Shown one piece after another: positions 20,201-29,433 of a stretch of DNA of 64,000 nt (positions within the stretch are counted from its first letter, which is position 1; each line of letters opens with the position of its first letter). The stretch comes from Epithemia pelagica. Lineage: Eukaryota; Protista; Bacillariophyta. Below the pieces are notes generated by a model. It had not been told where the DNA came from, ran no database searches, and worked only from the letters and a program-made list of their open reading frames with translations. Where the stretch lies: NCBI GenBank assembly GCA_946965045.2, contig OX337232.1:1612001-1676000 (forward strand), written 5' to 3'. Made by a program: the position numbers and the translations under genes.

Positions 20201-22934
20201 TTGCCTTGAGTATGTCTGTGACTTATTGAACCATACGTCATCACCCACCCACTCCGGTCGCACTCCTCTTGAGGCTCTCTCCGGTCGCCCACCCGACATT
20301 ACTCATCTCTTGTTCTTTCCTTTCTGGGATGAGGTTTACTACCGTGTCGACCCCGCTGAACCCAATTCCGGTTCATATCCATCTTCTTCTGATGAGAAAC
20401 TTGGCCACTGGGTTGGTTTTGCTCACAACGTTGGTGATTCTTTTACTTGGAAAATTCTCACCCAGGATAACCAGATAATTTATCGTTCTGCCGTTCGCCG
20501 TGTTGAATCCACTACACCTAACCTACGTGTGGATCGACCTTCAGGGGAGGATTCGTCTGAGAAGGATGACAATGATAAGCAAGCTGACACTGTCTTCATT
20601 CGCAGTGATAGTGAAGATCCATCCAAACCAATGCCCACGATCGATTTTGACGACATGATAGGACGCACATTCCTATGCGACACAGAAGAAAATGGGGAGC
20701 GACACCGTGCACGTGTCATCAAACGAGTCATTGATCTTAATGAAGAAGCAACGAAACAGGAAGAACGTGTCAAGTACATTTACCGAAAGACAAATTCTGA
20801 TGTTGATGAGATGATATCCTATAATCAACTCATGGAGTATATCGAACGAGATAACCAAGCTCAAACCTCTGGAGATAATCTTTTCAGGTTCAGGGATGTC
20901 ATTGCCCATCAAGGCCCACTGAACACAACTGATCCAGATTACAAGGGGAGCAAATATAATTTGCTTGTTGATTGGGAAACTGGGGAGACTACCTATGAAC
21001 CTTTATCACTCATCGCCAATGATGATCCGATCACTGTAGCAATTTATGGAAAGAAACATGGTTTACTCAACGAACCTGGATGGAAGCATTTGAAACGTTA
21101 TGTCAAAACAAGCAAACGTCTCATTCGAGCAGCCAAACAGTCAAGGATTAAACAAGTTCACCATTCCGTCAAGTATAAGTTTGGATTTCAAGTACCACGC
21201 AATTATGAGGAAGCTGTTGCTCTTGATAAACAACATGGCAACACAAAGTGGCAGGATGCAACAGAATTAGAATTGTCACAGATCCAGTCCTACAAGACAT
21301 TCAAGGATTTTGGGAAAGCCATCTTCATTAAAGGGAAAGTATCCAATGCACCTGAAGGATATCATAAGATACGTGTGCATCTTGTCTTTGACGTAAAACA
21401 TGATGGACGACATAAAGCAAGACTTGTCGCAGATGGACATCTCACAAAAGAACCTGTTGAGACAATCTATTCAGGTGTTGTTTCCATTCGCAACCTCCGC
21501 ATTGCCTTATTCCTGGGTACTTTGAATGACTTGGAAATATGGGGAGCAGATATTGGAAATGCATATCTGGAAGCCTTGACAGGGGAGAAAATTTTCATTG
21601 TCGCAGGACCTGAATTCAAGGAATTAGAAGGTCACATCCTGATTATATACAAGGCACTTTATGGATTGAAGTCATCAGGCGCACGCTGGCATGATGTCTT
21701 ATTCGATGTTTTGACAGACATGGGATTTTCACCAAGCAAAGCAGATCCGGATATCTGGATGAGGAAAGCACCTGGAGAAGACTGTTACGAATACATTGCC
21801 GTATACGTTGATGACTTAGCCATTATTTCTACTGATCCTGGGAATATCTGCAAGATCCTGAAGGAGAAATACAACTTCAAACTCAAAGGAGATGGACCTA
21901 TTGATTTCCATTTGGGATGTTGTTACACCAAGGATTCTGATGGAACATTCGTAGCAGATCCAAGACGCTACATTGGTAAGATGATGGACACTTTCGAACG
22001 AATCTTCAAGGAGAAACCCAAGAAAGCCAAAACACCTCTTATTGGTGGAGACCATCCTGAATTGGATGATTCTGAGCTCCTTGATGAAGAAGGTACTAGC
22101 CATTTCCAAACTCTGATTGGACAACTCCAATGGGTGATCACTATTGGTCGTTTCGACGTCTTCACCGCTACAATGACGCTATCACGCTTTCGTGCTGCTC
22201 CGAGGAAAGGACATCTTGATAGAGCCAAGCGTATCTATGGATACCTTGCACATCTCCCAGAAGGCGCAATCAGATTTAGGATTGGAGAGCCTGATTATTC
22301 AAGTCTTCCTACCCAAGAATTTGATTGGACTCGCACTGTCTATTCGAATGCAAGTGAACGTATTCCTGAAGACTGCCCAACACCTCTTGGCCGCTATGTT
22401 ACCACAACTCATTATGTTGATGCCAATCTCATGCATGACATAGTCACTGGTAAATCCGTCACTGCTGTTCTACATTTGTTGAACGGAACACCTATTGACT
22501 GGTACAGCAAGAGACAGAGCACGGTGGAAACTGCTACCTATGGATCCGAGTTTGTGGCTGCAAGGACAGCAATAGATCAGATTACAGAATTACGACATTC
22601 TCTCCGCTACCTTGGAGTACCTATCCGAGAGCGAAGTTACTTGTACGGAGATAACAGATCTGTTGTGCTCAATGCAACCGTTCCTCACTCCATACTATCC
22701 AAGAGACACCATCTTCTGTCATACCACCGAGTTCGTGAAGCCATCGCAGCAAAGTATGTTGCATTCTACTGGAAAGATGGAAAGACCAACCCTGCCGATA
22801 TCCTTCGCAAACATTGGGATTTCGTATCTATTTGGCCCATGCTCAAGCCATTGTTGTTTTGGAAAGGGGAAGTTCAAGATCTCAACAAATCCAATGATGA
22901 CAAGGCTGAAACGACGAGTTGTGGGGAGTGTTAG
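17247..22934 (+). CDS. Copia gag-pol polyprotein (1895 aa)
   Basis: Protease LIDRGANGG; integrase VATDSVF / ISDGG / HQNKAENRY; RT KARLVADG, LYGLKSSG, YVDDL; RNase H YVDANL, YGDNRSV. Confidence 0.97.
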   Translation: MDPQSPKTPMTPKGEDNQDNVSDTDLFDHIIFTVCQFFTKERADYLMKWMKYHGFENITHVISYMQTNTEESMKELTQYKVNKQTHDLQGPTRQQIKLLAYWATYKTNEIQDELSNSDWMNLTRKEFNTWRINTDFSKGPPSQVPVSPMKSPSSVKSVSTVTAASQSQQDLTAFRKGTKRDATAYEVFKDERYYDSFWRVFKTTAKAQGLSNVLNFKYTPPHDDEYAEELFQEQQVFLYSVLVRIIQTDQGRAYVREHEHDEDARAVLQKLHSLHTESDLAKREVLRLTNYISNLRLDDTWRGTTRQFLLHFQEQLRLLDNLVTLSDRIPDHTRMTFLMQAVEKVPDLRRVKILDNVVNTKSGAKSLCYQSYFRLLLDAAYDHDQATQSSVHSRRRHVKQHESLYGQDTDADITSQDDMEYHVHNTKATSESPSSSSKVSLPRDLWFKLSEEDRKLIIEYNKMIQAPSSTTPRTVQTHALDIDPEPDPDPNQVASDDDSPGVVPEHSDDSDPVTQFINQAMTTDINHPATDLTSVLSNAKSKTSKKVTFKANMHKQAGHVPRYLFSRKSTLPGNQLIDRGANGGLAGSDMRILSKTGRHITIVGIDNHELTGLPVVTCAAKFETNDGPIVGIFNEYAYYGKGLSIHAPGQFEHFGLAVDERSVKVDGKQRITTLDGRAIPLHIKDGLAYIHSLGIPSDDDMDTLPQIIFTSPDTWDPGVLDHSYSPTPSDNDPDWKHVKTDGSMSNHPYDNYGEYTDRVVCNLNLLLDLPYDHGPDDAPFFSIYADAEGNDPTLHASVHRRYQEAYDWKKFRPFFGWQSEDVIADTFKHTTRNGSIPFDHDTLKKHFKARNPVLNIPRRHEPVATDSVFSDTPAVDHGGKVAQIFVGRDTLVTDIYGIKSTKQFVNTLQDNIRFRGAMETLISDGGSSLISQKVKDILRTLLIGEYRSEPYHQHQNKAENRYQTVKRMTNALMNATGCPANTWLLCLEYVCDLLNHTSSPTHSGRTPLEALSGRPPDITHLLFFPFWDEVYYRVDPAEPNSGSYPSSSDEKLGHWVGFAHNVGDSFTWKILTQDNQIIYRSAVRRVESTTPNLRVDRPSGEDSSEKDDNDKQADTVFIRSDSEDPSKPMPTIDFDDMIGRTFLCDTEENGERHRARVIKRVIDLNEEATKQEERVKYIYRKTNSDVDEMISYNQLMEYIERDNQAQTSGDNLFRFRDVIAHQGPLNTTDPDYKGSKYNLLVDWETGETTYEPLSLIANDDPITVAIYGKKHGLLNEPGWKHLKRYVKTSKRLIRAAKQSRIKQVHHSVKYKFGFQVPRNYEEAVALDKQHGNTKWQDATELELSQIQSYKTFKDFGKAIFIKGKVSNAPEGYHKIRVHLVFDVKHDGRHKARLVADGHLTKEPVETIYSGVVSIRNLRIALFLGTLNDLEIWGADIGNAYLEALTGEKIFIVAGPEFKELEGHILIIYKALYGLKSSGARWHDVLFDVLTDMGFSPSKADPDIWMRKAPGEDCYEYIAVYVDDLAIISTDPGNICKILKEKYNFKLKGDGPIDFHLGCCYTKDSDGTFVADPRRYIGKMMDTFERIFKEKPKKAKTPLIGGDHPELDDSELLDEEGTSHFQTLIGQLQWVITIGRFDVFTATMTLSRFRAAPRKGHLDRAKRIYGYLAHLPEGAIRFRIGEPDYSSLPTQEFDWTRTVYSNASERIPEDCPTPLGRYVTTTHYVDANLMHDIVTGKSVTAVLHLLNGTPIDWYSKRQSTVETATYGSEFVAARTAIDQITELRHSLRYLGVPIRERSYLYGDNRSVVLNATVPHSILSKRHHLLSYHRVREAIAAKYVAFYWKDGKTNPADILRKHWDFVSIWPMLKPLLFWKGEVQDLNKSNDDKAETTSCGEC
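22921..22928 (+). promoter_or_regulatory. Polypurine tract
   Basis: GTGGGGAG immediately 5' of the 3' LTR. Confidence 0.7.
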
Positions 22935-23711
22935 AATTCTCACCGTCTATGGTGGTTAGATTCTACATCTCATCGATTCCCCATGTCACATAGCCTCGTG
23001 CTATCGCATCATGCCCTCTAGCTTCGAGCTATGTTTCCTAGCTTCGCGCTATATCGACCTATATTTCTTCGCAAATCATGAAAAGTGAGAATAGATTGAC
23101 GAACTCACTCTCAAGACTAAACTGGGTCGTGCGGTATTACAACGGACATAAATTTGGCCGTTGCTCGGACATTATACTAACGCCCTAAGCGTACGCGCCC
23201 GAAATCATCGAGCGCGCCCAAGCGACATCCGAGCGCTATCGGCATCTATCCGATCCAACGGTCTAAGTATCCCAAGCACGACACACGATCACGCGAGACC
23301 ATATTTCCATTCCCACAATCTCCAAATTGTCAACAAGCTGCGCGCCATGAAAACAACTATGCCAACCCAAAGCAAGAGCTGTTGACCCTGTATATGTTAT
23401 CCGCCCACATATACATGTCATATACATCACATGAATCAACTCCAACTATTCCAAACCTGTTGCCGCCAAGAACCTATGACACATGACCCTTGGCAGGACC
23501 GAACATTTCACGTAGACCTATCGTAGTAATCAACACACAATCTAACAATATCACCATTTATCACATCCTCTTTTGTGTCCCGACTATCCTTCTGATAGAC
23601 TTCGACTTGCTTGCTTCTCTGACCCTGAGAAGCTTGTATCGGTTGGTGACCTACCTGATTGTCTGCTCTACCGAGCATCAATGTCCCTACGATTCAGAAA
23701 GAATTGTAACA
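22929..23711 (+). repeat. 3' LTR
   Basis: Direct repeat of 15328-16110. Confidence 0.97.
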
Positions 23712-24460
23712 AGGGGCCATGGTTGTCAAGCTCGATTTCTCGTCGTGCCACGCACCACAAGGTTTTTGAACCAAAAGACGACGCAACGCTGCTCGTTCAA
23801 AATGAGCTCTCGGCTCGTCGTACTTCATGGCCATTTAGTGTAGACACTAAAGTAGCTTACCGAAGTCTCAGATCTGGCGTAGGGGTCATGGTGGTCGAGC
23901 GCGATGCGATCGTTGTTGAACAATTTCTCGTCGTGGCACAGACCACATGAGATTTCGACCAAAAGACGACGCAACGCGGCTTGCTCAATATGAGCTCTCG
24001 GCTCATCCTACTTAGTGGACACTTGGTTAGCTCCTACAGTAGCTTACCGAAGTCTCAGATCTGGTGTAGGGGTCATGGTGGTCGAGCGCAATGCGATCGT
24101 TGTTGGACAATTTCCCATCGTGGCATAGACCACATGAGATTTTGACCAAAAGACGACGCAACGCGGCTCGTTCAATATAAGCTCTCTGCACGTCCTACCC
24201 AATGGACACTTAGTTTAGCTCCTACAGTAGCTTACCGAAGTTTTAGATCTGGCGTAGGTGCCATGGTTGTCGAGCGCGATGCGATCGTCGATGGGCAACT
24301 TCTCGTCGTGGCACAGACCACATGAGATTTTGACCAAACGACGACGCAACGCAGCTCATTCAATATATGCTCTCTGCACGTCCTACCCAATGGACACTTA
24401 GTTTAGCTCCTACAGTAGCTTACCCAAGCTTTAGATCTGGCGTAGGTGCCATGGTTGTTG
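23712..24460 (+). repeat. Continuation of the left-arm array: about four diverged type-C units (~187-188 bp), absent from the right arm
   Basis: AGTAGCTTAC recurs at 23851, 24038, 24226, 24414; shares CAGATC[CT]GG[CT]GTAGG-CCATGG and TCGTCGTG[GC]CAC with type-B units. Confidence 0.85.
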
Positions 24461-24553
24461 AGATTGAATCGATCTTAAAGCAGAAACGTTTTTAACTAAT
24501 GAAGCAAGTGTCTTGCCTTGTTTCTAACGTCAGCACTATATGTAGTTACTCAA

Positions 24554-25345
24554 CTATTCATCTTCAGAACTATCGCACAGGTCAACGAAGAACATAATCT
24601 TGGGCTTCTTGCGCTTGTGATGAGTCGGTGCCTTTTCCTTCGTGGTGGCTCGGTGTGGGATCGGCACAAACAAAGAAGAGGCACGACTGTAGCGAGGTTT
24701 CGGATCGACCTTGGTGATGGCACAGGGAGGATCTTGTTGGCGGCAGCGTTTGGTCACGAATGGTTGAAACGGACTCGTCGCATCGTTGTGATGCAATTCG
24801 TCGTGTGGCTTGGGGGAGGCCGCAATCAAGTGACGATGCGGTGCGGCAGGAGCTGGATCTTGGTGGGCTTCTTCTTCTTCTTCTTCTTCTTCTTCTTCTT
24901 CTTCTTCTTCTTCTTCTTCTTCTTCTTCTTCTTCTTCTTCTTCTTCTTCTTCTTCTTCTTCTTCTTCTTCTTCTTCTTCTTGTTCTTCTTGTTCTTCTTC
25001 TTCATAATCTTCTTCATAATCATCATCATCATCTTCTTCTTCTTCTTCTTCTTCATAATCATCATCTTCATCTTCTTCTTCTGCTTGGGCTTGTCGTTGT
25101 TCGTTGTGGTTGCTCCGCATGGCGTCCATTTCCAACAAGACTCGTCCTACGAGTTCGGCAATGATGGCCGCATCAGACGGCGATGGCGACGACATGCTTT
25201 TACTGCAAGTGATGGCAGGACTGAGGACCGACGAATCGAATCCCGCCCCGTACCAGTCAATGAAAGTGTTTGGAGGGAGAAGATCTTTTGTTTTGTGGCT
25301 GCTTGTTCGGAATTTTGTGGGAAGGCGATGCCACCAAGTAACCAA
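24554..25345 (-). CDS. Poly-Glu acidic cargo protein, basic C-terminal patch
   Basis: Open frame through a (GAA)n tract; ends HHKRKKPKIMFFVDLCDSSEDE; start codon uncertain. Confidence 0.55.
   Translation of the reverse strand: MVTWWHRLPTKFRTSSHKTKDLLPPNTFIDWYGAGFDSSVLSPAITCSKSMSSPSPSDAAIIAELVGRVLLEMDAMRSNHNEQRQAQAEEEDEDDDYEEEEEEEDDDDDYEEDYEEEEQEEQEEEEEEEEEEEEEEEEEEEEEEEEEEEEEEEEEEEEEAHQDPAPAAPHRHLIAASPKPHDELHHNDATSPFQPFVTKRCRQQDPPCAITKVDPKPRYSRASSLFVPIPHRATTKEKAPTHHKRKKPKIMFFVDLCDSSEDE
24868..25081. repeat. (CTT)n microsatellite, ~38 perfect units plus a degenerate extension
   Basis: Directly visible. Confidence 0.95.
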
Positions 25346-25700
25346 TGACTCCCAAGCGTCAACTCTTCAAACACTATTCTATATAGATCAATAGTGTATA
25401 ATTCACTCCTTCTCTCCATAAATTTTCGAGCGCTAGTGCTTACTTGAGGGCGTCGTATCTTTCGGTCGCTCATCAGCATGATAGCCAGGCATAGCATGGG
25501 TAGTCGGAGGAGAGTTGGAGGGAATATGTCACACGTTCCCCAAATTTCCCCCAATCCACAGATGAATTTTATTGCAAGTCAACTGATCGAGATCGCAGAC
25601 ACAAGTGACGAGAGACGAGAGAGACAAGAAACCATGTCCGAGAGCTCATTCAACACAACAATGAACTAAAGTATTACATGCAGCTATAAACTAATAAGTC

Positions 25701-26936
25701 TCAATTGTTCAAATCGAGTCCACCGAGCACTTTCGTTGGTGAGGAGTGAGGGATGTTGTGACCGTGCTTGTAGAATTTTGCGAGACGATCATTCATCTTA
25801 TATTCGGTCGGTAATTCATAGTTGTTTCTGGGTGGGTATGTATGGACAGTCTCATCGCGTCCTTGGTACACGTAGAAATGGGCACGTGGATCACCTTGGG
25901 TACCATTCACGAAGCCTCCAGCGTGAACGGTATCGCCTCGCATAAGCAGCATCGTTCCATAAAGGATCTCAACCACCTCACCCAGCTGATGGAGTTTGGC
26001 AGTGTGGTTGTTACGATGCTGCCATATTTCCACGGCCATGCCGGCTTCCGTCAGGGGCATGAAGACAACAAACGGGACACGTTCTTTGAACGGTGCCTTT
26101 TTCTTTCCCACTCCCCGAGTTGTCACTCCTTTCGATCTCGGGCTCTCACCGGGCAAAAGGTCATACGAACTCGGCGTGACAACTTCCCACATGAAGTCCA
26201 GGTGCGGCTCTTGGACTTTTGGCTCTTCGGTCTTGATATAGGACAGGTGAATCTGGATTCCGTCCGCAAACGAGACGTCTGCTGCGTAGCCCATCTCCAC
26301 AAGGGCTTGAGCGAGAACTGTCTTGAACTTCGTCGTCATTGCAGCTAGCTCGTCCTTAGAGTAGGCGCTAAAGTCATGGCTCATCACAAAAGCTTCATTT
26401 TCCTGCATGCGCATTTGAATTTGCTTCGAGAAGTTTTGAACCCCTCGCATCCTCTTCGTGATCTTGTCCTTTCCGTGCCTGTCCGTTCCGAGACACCACG
26501 GTAGACGCAACATATCAAGCAGCTCCTTCGCAACCACCACAAAACGTCCTCGGTGGTCACCCTTGAGATCGACCAACAAATGGGCATGCTTCCGGTGCAG
26601 TTCCTTCACTTGCTGCTCTGTAGTCGCTTGTTTGACGACGGAATCTTCAATGCGCTCGAGTGACGGAGCTGCCGATCCTCCCGGACTGGAGAGATGATGG
26701 AGTACCGGGTGATGGGAAGGATGAATGGGCTGTGGTGGTACCTGCCCATATTCTCCATAAGGTGGCTGCCCGTAGGCCGGCGAGTAATGAGGCTGACTTT
26801 GCCCTGGGAAGTGCACCGACGCAAATGCGGACTGCTGATAGTGGGGAGGAGATTGGTACAGAGGAGGTTGGCGTGGAGGATGATAGTACGGTGGAGGCTG
26901 CTGTGGATGTTGGTACGGAGGAGATTGGCCGTAGGT
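25701..26936 (-). CDS. 2OG-Fe(II) dioxygenase-like (double-stranded beta-helix) frame with Pro/Gln/Tyr-rich leader; in frame with the upstream SET ORF across one TAA
   Basis: QEPHLDF (HxD), FVVFMPLT strand, LLMRGDTVHAGG (distal His), GDPRAHFY (2OG-binding Arg); frame is open from 26936, just after the stop. Confidence 0.75.
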   Translation of the reverse strand, partial: TYGQSPPYQHPQQPPPYYHPPRQPPLYQSPPHYQQSAFASVHFPGQSQPHYSPAYGQPPYGEYGQVPPQPIHPSHHPVLHHLSSPGGSAAPSLERIEDSVVKQATTEQQVKELHRKHAHLLVDLKGDHRGRFVVVAKELLDMLRLPWCLGTDRHGKDKITKRMRGVQNFSKQIQMRMQENEAFVMSHDFSAYSKDELAAMTTKFKTVLAQALVEMGYAADVSFADGIQIHLSYIKTEEPKVQEPHLDFMWEVVTPSSYDLLPGESPRSKGVTTRGVGKKKAPFKERVPFVVFMPLTEAGMAVEIWQHRNNHTAKLHQLGEVVEILYGTMLLMRGDTVHAGGFVNGTQGDPRAHFYVYQGRDETVHTYPPRNNYELPTEYKMNDRLAKFYKHGHNIPHSSPTKVLGGLDLNN

Positions 26937-28235
26937 TTAATGGTCGTGAGCAGGGACAAGACCACGGGCTGGAGGAGGGGAACCAAGAGGAACAGGGGCA
27001 GTCGCAGTGGCAGCAATGGCAGGAGTAGTGACCTGAGGAATCGGAAAAACAACAGGAGCATCATCCACCGGACCATGTTCAGAGAGCTGCACTGGAGAAT
27101 CCGCCTCACCAGAACAACGTGTATTTGGCTTCTTCTTGTTCTTCTTCTTTCCGGGCAAATCTTCGCTCTCTTCCCCACCAGTGGATCTACCACGCTTCTT
27201 TCCTGCGCCCTCGCAAGGGATGTAGGATGAAGCTTGCATTGCATTCTCCTGGGTGATGTTGTAGAACAAGAAACACTCTTTGCCCTCGTCGATGTCCCTG
27301 ATTGCGCGGACGAGAAGATTTTTTTCTACTTTAATGTTGTACATTTCATCTGCTTCGTTGGGGACTTCACCCTTGTCGTAGAGGTCGTAGTAGGGATCGT
27401 TGCTCAGGTGGAATCCCATGAAAAAATAGTTCTTGTTGTCAGGTTGAACGGTGCGTGGTTCATCGTCGGCTCCAAATTGAAGCGAGTACTCGCTCCGCGG
27501 GACAAGTTTTGTTGTTACATCCTGTCCTGCATAGACACCTATCACCTCTCCTTCTTTGTATTCCTGCGCTGCAAAAATACCAAATCCACCGTCTTTTCCG
27601 TCTTTGACTTTGACCTTCGACTTCTTCACAACAAAGAGAGGTGTTTTTCCCAGCATAATGTTGAACTCCGGGTCATGGTCGAGCGTGAAACTGACATTCG
27701 GGAAAACGTTCATTTTTTTCCCTCGGTGTTGCTTCAACGGAATCCCAATTCCCACAGATCTCGATGCATTTGTTCCGAGTTCGACACCGTACTCATCGAC
27801 CTCCTTCTTGATACCTGTCCCTGATTTCCGAATGGGAGCAGCTTTCACCAAAAATGTTACGCTAATCTTCTGCGAGACGAACTCTCCGTATGCGTTGAGA
27901 AGCACATCACTTTCGTGGATTGTAGAGGCCAGATGTGTGAGACCTTGGATGAAAGTGGTACGCGGATCTCGCGTAGAGCTCTTAATGCGCTTCACTGCTG
28001 CGACGGCGGTCCTGTAGGCCTCTTTACGTCGGGCAACGAGGCGCTGACTCACCGCCCGGTGCGTGACGCTGTAGGCTTTGTCACTATCATCCTTCAGATT
28101 GCCTCGACGACTCTCCGCAATCCTATTTTCGGTCACCATAGCAAGATCTGCGTCCGAAAGAAACCGATGATGACCCGCTGTTGGTGTCGCTTCCTTCGTT
28201 GTTGTCATCTCCTCTTCGGGCGCTTCGTCTGCTGT

Positions 28236-28316
<81 letters not shown>

Positions 28317-28382
28317 TGGCGGTGCGGCTGCCTGTGAGACAGTGTCTACAGCATCCAAAAGAGTATCAAACCTCTTTGGCAT
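26937..28382 (-). CDS. SET-domain lysine methyltransferase-like protein (transposon cargo, SET-2) with Ala/Thr triplet tract near the N-terminus
   Basis: GGFGIFAAQEYKEGEVIGVYAG, FMGFHLSNDPYY, YNIKV, AIRDIDEGKECFLFY; same subfamily blocks as SET-1. Confidence 0.85.
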
Positions 28383-28780
28383 CGTTTATCGTTTTATTCT
28401 CGTGTTCAACAAAAGGTTTCCTTCGTCGGTCGAACACTTGAAACGCGACAAAACACCACGATCCACAGTTGACTTGAACTAAAATTGAGTAACGCTTTTG
28501 AGAATCCAAACTTACTTATGCCCTGTGCGCATGGCAAAGCCACATTTTTGGTGCGTTGACTGCTGCGACTGCATTAGGCACATTTTTCGGTATGTTGACT
28601 GATGCGACTGCGTCACAAACTGAGAGGTTTTCCCTCCAACATCGATCCACAGTTCATTCAACAACCACGTTTCCAAATCGGAAATTTGCTTTCGACCCAC
28701 GATGGAAATTGTCTTCCTTTACCTTTTACATTGCTCAGAATAAAGACGCGAGACAAAGCGGTAGAGAAAGATAATCAAAG

Positions 28781-29375
28781 ATGCCCACGACGCAGAAGGC
28801 GAAAGATCAGAAAGCACCTTTAGGAGTTGGAACGAAATGCTACATACGACAAGGAGACAGGGCATGTATTATTATTGAGGCCCTTGATTTGCAAAAGTGG
28901 CGTGTTGCTGTAGTAGACAGGCAAGGCAATCCTACTGACCAGATAGAAGAAGCCACGTCCAAGAGACTACGGAAAATAAAGAAAGATGAGCGCTTTCCTG
29001 GGGAACCCGTACCGGACCCAGATGAAACAGCCGTAAGCACAACCGCAACCGAGACCGTGGCCGTAACCGCAACCGCAACCGTAACCGCAGCCGCAGCCGC
29101 AACAACGACCACAACCACAACCACAACCGCAGCCGCAGCCGCAACCGAGACCGCAACCGCAGCCGCAGCCGCAGCCGCAGCCGCAGCCGCAACAACAACC
29201 ACAACCACAACCGCAGCCGCAGCCGCAGCCGCAACCGAGACCGCAACTTCAACCGCAGCCGCAACAACAACAACAACAACAACAACCACAACCGCAACTG
29301 CAGCTGCAACCGAGACCGTGGCCGCAACTGCAACGGAGACCGTGGCCGTAACCGCAACCGCAACCGAGGCCGCGG

Positions 29376-29433
<58 letters not shown>

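Larger units (their letters stand above)
15328..23711 (+). mobile_element. Full-length Ty1/copia LTR retrotransposon (CoDi-like), very recent
   Basis: 783-bp TG...CA LTRs (one mismatch seen: 15455 A vs 23056 G); 5-bp TSD AGGGG (15323-15327, 23712-23716); intact gag-pol with copia order PR-INT-RT-RH. Confidence 0.97.

Noticed and set aside
25701-26816. Calling the dioxygenase a TET/JBP or JmjC demethylase
   Set aside because: Only the generic HxD...H...R DSBH pattern is visible; family-specific features cannot be confirmed without profile searches
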